From Polyangiaceae bacterium (lineage in GTDB: Bacteria > Myxococcota_A > Polyangia > Polyangiales > Polyangiaceae): a stretch of 64,000 nucleotides of DNA. Positions 27,317 to 36,836 of this stretch are shown in pieces; positions within the stretch are counted from its first letter, which is position 1, and every line of letters begins with the position of its first letter. Made by a program: the position numbers and the translations under genes. The DNA lies in contig JBILLK010000013.1 in the NCBI GenBank assembly GCA_044376115.1, forward strand, positions 128,001 through 192,000, read 5' to 3'. The notes under the pieces are model-generated. The model did not search any database and was not told the origin of the DNA. It was given only the letters and a program-made list of their open reading frames with translations.

Positions 27317-29662
27317 ATGGCAACCACGTTTACCCTCGACACCAGCGCGCTGCCCGATTCACGCCGCGTCGTCGCGTTCCGCGGCGTCGAGGAAATCGGC
27401 TCCCCTTACGTGTTCGAGATCTGGGTCGTCGTAGAAGGTCAGGACGACACCGAGCTCGCCGACGCAGTCGGTTCGAAGGCGAAGTTGCTGCTCACCGAGG
27501 GGATGTTCCTGCAAGGTTCGTTCGCCGGCGTACTCGTGTCGGTGGACCTGCTGCGCGCGATGGAGAACGTGTCGCTCTACCGTGTGGTGCTCGCGCCTTC
27601 GCTCTGGCAGCTGAACCACACGCGCCACAGTCGCCTGTTCACGAAGACATCGGTGGATGAGGTGATCAAGCAGGTCCTCGATTTGGAAGGCATCACGGAC
27701 TACGAGTTCCGCCTGAAGTCGAGCTACGAGAAGGAGGAGCACATCTGCCAGTACCAGGAGAGCTCGCTCGACTTCATCCACCGCTGGATGGAGCGCGAGG
27801 GGCTCTACTACTTCTTCGAGCAGACCGACGACCGCGAGAAGCTGATCATCGCCGACGACAAGTCCGCGCACGTCAAGAGCCGCGAAGTAGCGGTGCCGTA
27901 CTTCCCCTCGCGGGGGGACTGGAGCTCCGGGCCGCACTTCCGTGAGTTCATGGCGAAGCAGGCGGTGATGCCGCTGCGCGTGCAGCTCAAGGACTACGAC
28001 TACGCGAACCCCTCGCTGAACGTCGAGGGCGGCGCGACGGTGAGCGACTCGGGGCAGGGCCAGCTCAACTTCATGAACGACCGCTTCTGGTCCCCGTCCG
28101 AGGGAGATCGGCTCGCGGTGATCCGCGCCGACGCGCTGCGCGCGAAGTCGACCTACTTCCACGCCCGCGGGCCGGTGCTCGGGATCTCGAGCGGCTTCAA
28201 ATTCTCGCTCGACCGCCACGCGAAGGAGGTCTTCAACATCGAGTACGTCGCCGTCGGGGTCGAACACGTCGGCCTCGTGGATGGCGTCTCGCCCGAGTGG
28301 GCCGAGGCGATCCCGTTCGAGGCCAAGGACGTCTACACCGTGACGGTCCGGGCGATCTCGGCGAAGACCCAATACCGGCTACCGGTGCGCACCGCGTGGC
28401 CCCGCATCGACGGCTTCGAGTCCGGCGTCGTCGACGGCGAGGCGAGCAGTGAATACGCGCAAATCGACGATCAAGGCCGCTACCTCGTTCGCTTCCGCTT
28501 CGACGAGAGCAGCCTCAAGGGAGGTCAGGCCTCCACCTACGTTCGAATGATGCAACCGCACGCGGGCGCGATCGAAGGCTGGCACTTCCCGCTGCGCAAA
28601 GGCACTGAGGTCACCTTCCTCTTCCTCGGGGGTGATCCCGATCGCCCCGTCATCGCCGGGGCGATCCCCAACGCCGTGACGCCGAGCCCGGTCACGAGCG
28701 GCAATCACACGCGCAACGTGATCCAGACGGGCGGGCGCAACCGCTTCGAACTCGAGGATCTCGCGGGCCAGCAGCGGGTGACGCTGTCCACGCCGCACGC
28801 CAACACTTACCTGCGCATGGGCTTCGCCAACGAGGACCACGAGCTGATCGTGAAGACGGATTTGCGCGGCCTCTGGTGCAGCGGCAACAACACCGACTTC
28901 AACATCAAGGGCCACTGGTGGATCGAGGTCGACAAGGACAAGAAGGAGCACATCACCGGCGCCGTCGAGGAGAAGTACAAGGCTAAGAAGGAGGAGACGG
29001 TCACCGGGCCCGTCACCGAGACCTACAACAACGGCCACAAGACGACCGTCAACGCAGCGCTGCGCGAGGAGTACTCGAATGCAGGCAAGCGCGTGGTGAC
29101 CGAGGGCGGCCACGAGGAGATCATCAGCAGTCAGCACGACCTCACCGTGCATGGCCCGGCCAACATCACGACCGACGGCAAAGTCACCTGGAACGTCGAA
29201 AAGGCCCTGTGGGAGCTGAACGCGATGAACTACTCGCTCAACGCGTCGGCGTTCAACCGCACCGACTCAGGCAGCAGCCACGACACGGTGCAAGGCTTCA
29301 AGAGCGAGCTCGTGCTCGGGATGAAGAACGACATGCTGATGGGCGTCCACACCGAGGTGAAGGTCGCTGGTTGCCTCTCGCTCTTCGGCGGCGTTGCCTT
29401 CGAATACGCGCTCGGTAAACAGAGAGGCACCGTCTGGGAGGTGTCGATGTGGGCAATCAAGAACGAGACCGCCGCCGCAGAGAACCGACTCAAGGCGATG
29501 GAGAACGACATTTCTTCGATGAAGAACGACGCAGCCGCGATGGAGAACCGCGCGCTCAGCATGACCCTGCAGATGGGCGGTATGAGCTCGGAGATCGAGG
29601 GCCTCAAGAACACGCAGGGCGCGCTCATCAACTACGTCTCGGGTCTCACGGTTCAGGGCTGA
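27317..29662 (+). CDS. vgrG: Type VI secretion spike protein VgrG (TssI)
   Basis: QYQESSLDFIHRWMEREGLYYFF, IDDQGRYLVRF.FD, HFPLRKGTEV.F.FLGGDPDRPVI; GGAGGT RBS. Confidence 0.95.
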   Translation: MATTFTLDTSALPDSRRVVAFRGVEEIGSPYVFEIWVVVEGQDDTELADAVGSKAKLLLTEGMFLQGSFAGVLVSVDLLRAMENVSLYRVVLAPSLWQLNHTRHSRLFTKTSVDEVIKQVLDLEGITDYEFRLKSSYEKEEHICQYQESSLDFIHRWMEREGLYYFFEQTDDREKLIIADDKSAHVKSREVAVPYFPSRGDWSSGPHFREFMAKQAVMPLRVQLKDYDYANPSLNVEGGATVSDSGQGQLNFMNDRFWSPSEGDRLAVIRADALRAKSTYFHARGPVLGISSGFKFSLDRHAKEVFNIEYVAVGVEHVGLVDGVSPEWAEAIPFEAKDVYTVTVRAISAKTQYRLPVRTAWPRIDGFESGVVDGEASSEYAQIDDQGRYLVRFRFDESSLKGGQASTYVRMMQPHAGAIEGWHFPLRKGTEVTFLFLGGDPDRPVIAGAIPNAVTPSPVTSGNHTRNVIQTGGRNRFELEDLAGQQRVTLSTPHANTYLRMGFANEDHELIVKTDLRGLWCSGNNTDFNIKGHWWIEVDKDKKEHITGAVEEKYKAKKEETVTGPVTETYNNGHKTTVNAALREEYSNAGKRVVTEGGHEEIISSQHDLTVHGPANITTDGKVTWNVEKALWELNAMNYSLNASAFNRTDSGSSHDTVQGFKSELVLGMKNDMLMGVHTEVKVAGCLSLFGGVAFEYALGKQRGTVWEVSMWAIKNETAAAENRLKAMENDISSMKNDAAAMENRALSMTLQMGGMSSEIEGLKNTQGALINYVSGLTVQG

Positions 29663-29671
29663 CCCAAACCG

Positions 29672-32500
29672 ATGCGCATCGTCAAGCCGCTCCGGCTCAG
29701 CCTGCTCCATCGCTGCTTCGAGAACGTCGGTAAACCCGTGCTCAGCGTCACGGCGATGCTGACGTTCCGGCTCGACGCGCCCACGGCGCTGCAACAAGAG
29801 GTCGTCCTTTGGAAGGCCGTGACCAAGTCGACGCCGAACGGGGTCGTCGATGAGTTCATGCCGAAGACGCGCGGCGAGCTGCTCGTGTTCGGCAGCGCGT
29901 ACACCGGCGCCGAGCCCAAACCGATGCAGGTCGTGCGCTTCGCCGTCACCCGCGGCGAGGGCAAAGAGCAGAAGGTGCTCGCAGGCCGCGAGCTGCTCGT
30001 CTTCGGAGACCGCGCCTGGGGCTTGTCATCGGCGACCGAGCCGAGGCCTTTCAGTGAAATGCCGCTCGTGGCCGAGCGCGCGTTCGGCGGTGAAGGCTTC
30101 GAGGACAACCCGGTCGGCCGCGGCCTTGGGATGATGACGATCGACGGCCTCGAGGCGCACCTTCTACCCAACGTGGAGCTTCTCCGCGAGCCGGTGACCT
30201 CGCGCAGAGATCGGCCCCGGCCCGCGCTGCTCGGCCCGCTGGACGTGATGTCGAAGGAGCGTGTGAAGCGGCGCGGCACCTACGACCGCACCTGGCTGGA
30301 GACGCGCTTTCCCTATTACCCGGAGGATTTCGACTGGGAGTTCTTCAACGTCGCTCCGCCCGAGCAGCGCATCGATGGATTCTTCGACGGCGGGGAGTCG
30401 CTGTCGATCAGCGGCATGAACCCGAACCACCCTACCCTCACGAGCACCTTCCCGCAGGCGGTCGTGCGTGCATTCATCGAGCGCAAGAAGCGGCCGGACT
30501 ACGCAGAGGAGGTGCCGCTGCGGATCGACACGGTCATCGCCTTCCCGAGCATGATGCTCGGCGTGCTCCTCTTCCGCGGCACGGTTCCGGTGGAGGAAGA
30601 CGACGCGCACGACGTGCGCACGCTGATCGCTGGCGTCGACGGCATCGGGGAGCTGCGCGAGCCGAGCCACTTCATGCGCATCTCGAAGATCCGCGAGGAT
30701 TTGACCGAGTTTCACGCGGAGCTGCTCGAGGACTCCACGCTCCTACCTTCGTGGTTCGTCGAGCCGGACATGCTCGAAGAAGGTTGGAACGACATGGCCG
30801 AGCACGTGCAGATCGAGCACCTGCGGCGCAAACGCGGACAGGCCGTGGTCGACAAGCAGACGGCCGAGGCGCGCGAGCGCATCGAGGTCGAGGTCGAAAA
30901 GGCGATGCGCGTCGACCACCTGCCAGAGAAGGACCAAGCCAAAGCCCGAGAGAAGCTCGACGAAGCGGGCCTCCGGGAGAAGATGCTCGAGTCGGTCCCG
31001 ACCATCGATCTGATGGGCGGCCCCGGCATCCCGACGAAGCTCGGCGAGATTCCGCAGGCGATGGCGCGCGCCCGCGAGGAGCTCAAGAAGACCGAAACCG
31101 ATCTGAAGGAGCGTGAAGCGAGGGGCGAAGAAGAGATGCGCCAGCGCTTTGCCGAGATCCGCGCCGCTCGCAAAGAGCACGGCCAGGAGGACGTCGAACT
31201 CGACTACGACAAGCTGAAGAAGCAGGCCCTGATCGATGCAGCAGGGCCACCGAAGCAGTCCGCCGTGCGGCAGTTCGACAAGCTGCGCGAGGAGCTGGAG
31301 AAGCTCGCCAACGAGCATAAAATCGATGTGTCGGCCCAGCGCGCGGAGCTCGACAAAGTGAACCGGGCACGGCTCGTCGAGCTCGATGAGCTCGCGCTCA
31401 AAGGGTACCGCTCGTTCGGGCACACCTCGCTCGAGCCGCCGGCGATGCTCTCGCCTGAAGACTCAGCGTCGCGGGTGCAATTCGCGCTCAGCAGGCTCGC
31501 CCAAGGGGAGAGCCTCGAGGGCTTCGATTTCACAGGCGTCGATCTATCGGGCGTGGACCTCTCGGGTGCAAAGCTTGGCAAGGCGCTGTTCGAGTGCGCG
31601 CGCTTCGCAGGGGCCGTCCTCACCGGCTGTGATCTACGCGGCGCGATGCTCGGGCGGGCCTCGCTCGACGGCGGTGACTTCTCGGGCGCGGATCTGCGCG
31701 AGGCGAACCTCTCGCGTTCGACCTTCGCGGGCGCTCGCTTCAACGGGGCGCGCTTCGAGAAGAGCCAGTGGTTCGAGAGCAACCTCGCAGGCGGCTCCTT
31801 CCGCGGCGCGAGCATCAACATGTCGACCTTCGTGAAGACGACCTTCGGCGAGGTGGACTTCGCGGGCGCCAAGCTCACGATGACGACCCTGATCGAGGGT
31901 GACCTCTCTGGCTCGTCCTTCGAGGAGATCGAGGCTGATCAGCTGACCTTCATCAAGGCCAAGTTCGATCGTGTCTCGTTCAAGGGCGCGAAGCTCACGC
32001 GCACGACCTTCATCCAGTCCACCGGGGACGAGATGTGCTTCGACGAGATCAAGGTGGACCGCATGGCCACGCTCGACGACACGGCCTTCCCCGGAGCGAC
32101 GTTCCGGCGCGCGTACATGCGCCAAGCCTGCCTCCGCGCGACCAACCTCGCGGGCGCCGATTTCACCGAGGCCGACGCCGAGACATGCGACTTCTCGGGC
32201 GCGGACCTCTCGAACGCGAAGCTCTACAAGATGCGTGCACCGAGCTCGCTCTTCATCCGCACGAACCTGAAATGGAGCGACATGAAGAGCACCTGGCTCA
32301 TCAACGCCGTGTTGCAAAAAGCCCTCGTTCACGGCGCAGACTTCCGCGGATCGAACCTCTTCCGCGCGGACCTCTCGAAGATGAAAGGCGACGCGAGGAC
32401 CAACTTCACCGACGCCTACCTCGCGCAGATCACGCGCGCCGGCTCACTCTCCGAGGAGAACGCCAAGCTCATCGATTCATCGCCCGAGGAGACACCGTGA
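29672..32500 (+). CDS. DUF2169 domain + pentapeptide-repeat protein (TagAB-like)
   Basis: PK.RGELLV.G, ENPVGRG-like segment, GTYD..W, FFNVAPPEQ, IDTV; C-terminal A(D/N)(L/F)xx pentapeptide repeats. Confidence 0.92.
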   Translation: MRIVKPLRLSLLHRCFENVGKPVLSVTAMLTFRLDAPTALQQEVVLWKAVTKSTPNGVVDEFMPKTRGELLVFGSAYTGAEPKPMQVVRFAVTRGEGKEQKVLAGRELLVFGDRAWGLSSATEPRPFSEMPLVAERAFGGEGFEDNPVGRGLGMMTIDGLEAHLLPNVELLREPVTSRRDRPRPALLGPLDVMSKERVKRRGTYDRTWLETRFPYYPEDFDWEFFNVAPPEQRIDGFFDGGESLSISGMNPNHPTLTSTFPQAVVRAFIERKKRPDYAEEVPLRIDTVIAFPSMMLGVLLFRGTVPVEEDDAHDVRTLIAGVDGIGELREPSHFMRISKIREDLTEFHAELLEDSTLLPSWFVEPDMLEEGWNDMAEHVQIEHLRRKRGQAVVDKQTAEARERIEVEVEKAMRVDHLPEKDQAKAREKLDEAGLREKMLESVPTIDLMGGPGIPTKLGEIPQAMARAREELKKTETDLKEREARGEEEMRQRFAEIRAARKEHGQEDVELDYDKLKKQALIDAAGPPKQSAVRQFDKLREELEKLANEHKIDVSAQRAELDKVNRARLVELDELALKGYRSFGHTSLEPPAMLSPEDSASRVQFALSRLAQGESLEGFDFTGVDLSGVDLSGAKLGKALFECARFAGAVLTGCDLRGAMLGRASLDGGDFSGADLREANLSRSTFAGARFNGARFEKSQWFESNLAGGSFRGASINMSTFVKTTFGEVDFAGAKLTMTTLIEGDLSGSSFEEIEADQLTFIKAKFDRVSFKGAKLTRTTFIQSTGDEMCFDEIKVDRMATLDDTAFPGATFRRAYMRQACLRATNLAGADFTEADAETCDFSGADLSNAKLYKMRAPSSLFIRTNLKWSDMKSTWLINAVLQKALVHGADFRGSNLFRADLSKMKGDARTNFTDAYLAQITRAGSLSEENAKLIDSSPEETP

Positions 32501-33552
32501 CCACGACGCGTGAAGAGCTCCTGGCGAGGCTCCCGACCGAGCTCTCGCTCTCGAACGAAAACTTCAACGGGATGGATCTGTCCGGGGTCGACTTCGGCGG
32601 TATCGCGCTCGCCGGCGTGAGCTTCCGGAGCTGCAACCTAAAGGGCGCGCGCTTCCGCGAGGCGTCGATCTACAAATGCGACTTCTCCTCGGCCGACCTG
32701 GCGGAGACCTCGTTCCAGGCGACCGCGATCTACCAGTCGGTGTTCGCGAACACCGCGTGGGACGGCGCCGATATTCGGGCCGCGCAGTTCTACGAGACCG
32801 ATCTCGTCGGCGCCGATTGGCGCACCGCGCGGACGGTGCTGACGACGCTGGGGAGCTGCGACGCGACGCGGCTCAACCTCTCGGGCACCCTGGTCGACCG
32901 GCTGACCTTCGCGCAGACCAAGCTCGACGAGCTGGACCTCACCGGCTCGCGAATCGAGCGGACGGTCTTCTTCGAAGCGAGTGTGCGCGGGATGAAGATC
33001 GATCGGACCAGCTGGGACAAGGCGGTCTTCTTTCGAACGGGCCTCGCTGGCATGAAGTTCGCCGAGCTCGAGCTCGCGCACGTGCAGATGTTCGATACGG
33101 ACCTCACCGGTTGCGACTTCACGCGCGCCAAGCTGCCCAACTGCAACTTCAAAGGCTCCACGCTGCGCAACGCGAAGTTCGACGAGGTCGACGGGCCGAA
33201 CACCCTCTTCATCGAGGCGAACCTCGAGGGCGCGAGCTTCCGCAAAGCGCGGCTCTACCAAGCGCTGTTCCCGAAGGCGAAGGCGATGAGCGCGAACTTC
33301 ACGCGCGCCGACCTGGAGCTCGCGATGTTTCAGCACGCGTCCTGTGAGCTCGCGAGCTTCGCCGACGCCAAGCTCACCTACGCAGATTTCAGCTACGCCA
33401 ACGTGGAGCGCGCCGACTTCTCCGGCGCCAGCCTGTACCGCACGCGGTACCACGCGACCCGCGACAAGGATGCGATCTTCACGAACCGGGCAATCGCCTT
33501 GGGCGACGACGAAGAGCTGGCCAAGGCCGAGCGGTTCAAGTCACGATACTGA
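32497..33552 (+). CDS. Pentapeptide-repeat protein (TagB-like)
   Basis: GTGA overlap with upstream stop, GAGGAG RBS; continuous pentapeptide repeats. Confidence 0.92.
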   Translation: MTTTREELLARLPTELSLSNENFNGMDLSGVDFGGIALAGVSFRSCNLKGARFREASIYKCDFSSADLAETSFQATAIYQSVFANTAWDGADIRAAQFYETDLVGADWRTARTVLTTLGSCDATRLNLSGTLVDRLTFAQTKLDELDLTGSRIERTVFFEASVRGMKIDRTSWDKAVFFRTGLAGMKFAELELAHVQMFDTDLTGCDFTRAKLPNCNFKGSTLRNAKFDEVDGPNTLFIEANLEGASFRKARLYQALFPKAKAMSANFTRADLELAMFQHASCELASFADAKLTYADFSYANVERADFSGASLYRTRYHATRDKDAIFTNRAIALGDDEELAKAERFKSRY

Positions 33553-33565
33553 GGAGGAGCGCGCG

Positions 33566-34288
33566 ATGATCTCACCCCTTCCCCCGACCGCCGAACAAGC
33601 GCTCCTCAGCGAGGAGAACGCGCCCGATCAGGCAGCGAACGCTGTGGCCGATCTGCAGGCGACGTCCGGCGCGCCCAGCCTCGAGACGGGCCAGGTCGAA
33701 CGGATCGAGGGGCCGGTGCTGGTGGTGTGGACGGGCTCGCGGGCGGTCCGCGCCAAGCGCGCGCCAGCGTGCATCGTGGCGCCGGAGCTGCGCGACCGCG
33801 TGCTGCTCGCGCACGCCGATGGCCGCACTTACGTGCTCGCGGTGCTCGAGCGTGAGGAGGAGCAAGCGCCCATCCGGCTCACCGCCGAGGGAGACCTTCG
33901 GGTCGAATCGACCTCGGGGCGCGTGGACGTCGTGGCGGCACAGGGCGCGTCGGTCGCGACGCGCGGGACGCTCTCGCTCCACGCGCGGGCGCTCGAGGCG
34001 AAGAGTGAAGTCGCGGAGCTCACCTTCTCCAAGCTGCGCTTGCTCGGCTCGGAGGTGCTCGCCGAGGTCACGCGCTCGAAGCTCGTTGGCCGCGCGATCG
34101 AGTCGGTCGCGGAGGTCGTTCAGCAGACGGCGACGCGCGTCTCGCGTGTGGTCACCGAGCTCGAACATGTGCGCGTCGGCACGCTCGATCTAGCGGCGGA
34201 GAAGTCTGCGATGATCCATGCGGAGAACGCGGTGGTCACGGCGAAGGCCCTGGTAAAAGTCGACGGCGAGCTGGTGCAGCTCGGATAG
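33566..34288 (+). CDS. DUF3540 domain protein (TagC-like)
   Basis: AKRAPACIVAPELRDRVL, YVLAVLER, LVKVDGELVQLG; GAGGAGG RBS. Confidence 0.9.
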   Translation: MISPLPPTAEQALLSEENAPDQAANAVADLQATSGAPSLETGQVERIEGPVLVVWTGSRAVRAKRAPACIVAPELRDRVLLAHADGRTYVLAVLEREEEQAPIRLTAEGDLRVESTSGRVDVVAAQGASVATRGTLSLHARALEAKSEVAELTFSKLRLLGSEVLAEVTRSKLVGRAIESVAEVVQQTATRVSRVVTELEHVRVGTLDLAAEKSAMIHAENAVVTAKALVKVDGELVQLG

Positions 34289-34296
34289 GAGAAGCC

Positions 34297-34686
34297 ATGT
34301 TTGCAAATACACAAATGATGGGCATGGACATGGGCTTCCCCGACGTCTGCATGACGCCGCCCGTCGCTGCGCCGATCCCGTATCCGAACATGGCGATGGG
34401 CCCGATGGGCGTGCCCGCGGCCTACAACATCCTCACGTTCTACGCTCCCGCGCACAACATGATGACCACGATCCCGGTGACGCTCGGGGATCAGCCGGGC
34501 TTGATGCTCGGCGTCGCCTCGGGCCTCGTGATGGGGCCTTCGCGCCGCCTCGTTTGCGCCTTCACCTGTCTCGTCGGCTACGCGCCGGCGCAGCGTATGA
34601 CGAGCTTCGGGATCCAAAACAACACCAACTGCCCCGGCGTTCGCCTCGTACCCAGCCAGCCGAAGGTGATCATCCTCAAGGCCTGA
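34297..34686 (+). CDS. PAAR-like DUF4150 spike-tip protein (TagD-like)
   Basis: MFAN.Q, FPDVC.TP, PIPYPN, GD.PG..GVASG, PSQPKV. Confidence 0.92.
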   Translation: MFANTQMMGMDMGFPDVCMTPPVAAPIPYPNMAMGPMGVPAAYNILTFYAPAHNMMTTIPVTLGDQPGLMLGVASGLVMGPSRRLVCAFTCLVGYAPAQRMTSFGIQNNTNCPGVRLVPSQPKVIILKA

Positions 34687-34707
34687 CGCTTCAGCTAGAC
34701 TTCCCCT

Positions 34708-34932
34708 GTGGACGACAGAGCGCGGCGAGCCGAAGAACGACGCCGCAGCTACGAAGGCGCCGTCGTACGCGCGGGCACTCCAAAGCCTCGGCTCCGCGGC
34801 GAGAGCTTCACGATGCAGCGCCTCGAGGAGATGTGGGAGCTCTGCGTAAAGCAATGGGAGGCCAGCGGGCGCACACTACCGACCTACGAACGCAGCGAAA
34901 TGCCTGGTGAGATCTTTCGGATCGACCGATGA
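34708..34932 (+). CDS. Small hypothetical protein coupled to nucleotidyltransferase
   Basis: 74 aa, GTG start after TAGACT box; RLEEMWEL; ATGA overlap with next gene. Confidence 0.7.
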   Translation: MDDRARRAEERRRSYEGAVVRAGTPKPRLRGESFTMQRLEEMWELCVKQWEASGRTLPTYERSEMPGEIFRIDR

Positions 34933-35402
34933 AGCTGAACGCGGACTTCACGGATCTGCTTACGCACTTCTCCGACCACCAGGTCGAGTTTGCGCTCATC
35001 GGCGGCTGGGCGCTCGCCGTCTACGGGTATGCGCGCGGTACCGATGACCTCGATGTGCTCGTGCGCGCGACGCCGGAGAATGCCGAGCGCGTCATGCGGG
35101 CACTTGCCGCCTTCGGCGCGCCGATCGCGCAGCATCATGTGACGGCTTCGTTGTTCGCGACGCCAGACTACGGATACCGAATGGGCGTCAAACCCAACCT
35201 CATCGAGATCCTAACGACGATCAGCGGCGTTACCTTCGATGACGTCATGAAAGAGCACCGCACCGTCGATGTGGAAGGACGCAAGGTAGCTGTCATCGGT
35301 CGAGGCGCGCTCCTGACGAACAAGCGTGCGTCGGGCCGCGCAAAAGACCTCGCCGACGTCGAATGGCTCGAGGCCCATCCTGCCGAAGAGCCGGATCGAT
35401 AG
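34929..35402 (+). CDS. Pol-beta-superfamily nucleotidyltransferase (DUF6036-like)
   Basis: LIGGWALAVYGYARGTDDLDVLV, NKRASGRAKDLAD. Confidence 0.85.
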   Translation: MKLNADFTDLLTHFSDHQVEFALIGGWALAVYGYARGTDDLDVLVRATPENAERVMRALAAFGAPIAQHHVTASLFATPDYGYRMGVKPNLIEILTTISGVTFDDVMKEHRTVDVEGRKVAVIGRGALLTNKRASGRAKDLADVEWLEAHPAEEPDR

Positions 35403-35457
35403 CCGACTCGAGCGCGCGAAGTGGTCGGGGCAAGGTTGCAGCCACGCTGCGCCGCCA

Positions 35458-35868
35458 TCAGGGGCAGACCTTGGCTCGAAACGATTGCCTCGTCCCGCCC
35501 TTGAGGTCGTAACCGAAGATGGTGAGCTCGCCGCGCAGCTCCTTGCCGGGCTTCGGATCGAAGCCATCCCACTCGATCTGAGCGAAGCCCATCGGATCGG
35601 CGGAGCCGCCGGTGATGAACGAGTCGGGCGCGGGCTCGTGAAACATGGCGCGCACCGGCTGAGGTCCGGTTTTGCGCATACCGCCCAGCTCCGCCACCCC
35701 GATGTCGGAGCCGACGACGAAGCTGTGCCGGTTCGGGTGCACGGGCGTGGCGCAGGAGAACGGCCGGTCCCCGGAGAAGAGCCAGATATCGTCGACCGTG
35801 CCGGGGCGTGACTCTTTCGCGCGGAAGGCGATGCCCGAAGCGACCTCCGACAGCGGCACGATCGGACC
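35458..35868 (-). pseudogene. 5'-truncated hypothetical gene (C-terminal ~136 codons)
   Basis: Protein-like sequence GPIVPLSEV...FRAKVCP*; upstream the frame is only the antisense of the Cys-rich repeats, so no plausible start. Confidence 0.6.
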
Positions 35869-35871
35869 AGC

Positions 35872-36750
35872 GACGACGCCAACACCAACGACTGCGACGG
35901 CTGCCGCGGTAACTGCAGCGCCGTAGAGACCGGCTGCGGTGACGGCTTCACGTGCGGCCTCGAAGGCTGCGACGACGGGAACGCGGTCAACACCGACGCT
36001 TGCCCCACCACCTGCGCCCTGGCTGCCTGCGGTGACGGCTTCCTGCTCGCAGGGGTCGAGGCGTGCGACGACGGCGGAACGATGGCGGGGGACGGTTGCA
36101 GCGCGAGGTGCAACCCGGAGCCTGGCTTCACCTGCGTCGCCAACGTGTGCACGTCGACCTGCGGCGACGGTCTCGTCGCGTCCGACGAGGGCTGCGACGA
36201 CGGCAACGTGATCGCAGCGGACGGCTGCGCGGCCAACTGCACAGTGGAGAAGGGCTTCTCCTGCGGAGGTGAGCCCTCCAGCTGCGAGCCTGGCTGCGGC
36301 GACGGCATCGTCATTGGAGCCGAAGGCTGCGACGACGGCAACACGACAGCAAGCGACGGCTGCGCGGCCGACTGCCAGCCCGAACAAGGTTTCGAGTGCA
36401 CTGGCGCCCCGTCGGTCTGCAGCTCGAACTGCGGCGACGACCTGCTCGCGTCGGACGAGGAGTGCGACGACGGCAACCAAGAGGACGGCGACGGCTGCTC
36501 GGCCACGTGTGAGGACGAGGCAACCGGCCAAGGCGGCGCTGGCGGCGCTGGCGGTGGCGGGGGCGCTACCGGTGGCGGCGGCGCTACCGGTGGCGGCGGC
36601 GCCGGTGGTGAGGGCGGCGGCGATGAGGGGGACGCTGAGGACGATGGCTGCAACTGCTCCCTCCCCGGTGGCGACAAGGGCTCGAACACGATCGGTCTGA
36701 TCGCGGTCGTGGGTCTGCTCGCCTTCGCGAAGCGACGTCGGCGACGGTAA
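35872..36750 (+). pseudogene. 5'-truncated myxobacterial Cys-rich repeat (DUF4215-like) protein with MYXO-CTERM-like tail
   Basis: CGDG....E.CDDGN...DGC repeats begin mid-repeat at 35872; in-frame stop at 35809-35811; no signal peptide; ends GCNC...hydrophobic...KRRRRR. Confidence 0.8.
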
Positions 36751-36802
36751 TGACGCGAGAAGCCGACGCCCTCTAGGGCGAGAGCTTCGACGTGAAGCGA
36801 TG

Positions 36803-36836
36803 AAAACGGTGGCCCGCCTGGGCCACCGTTTTTTTT
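36803..36836. terminator. Intrinsic terminator, probably bidirectional
   Basis: AAAACGGTGGCCC-GCCT-GGGCCACCGTTTTTTTT between convergent genes. Confidence 0.85.
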
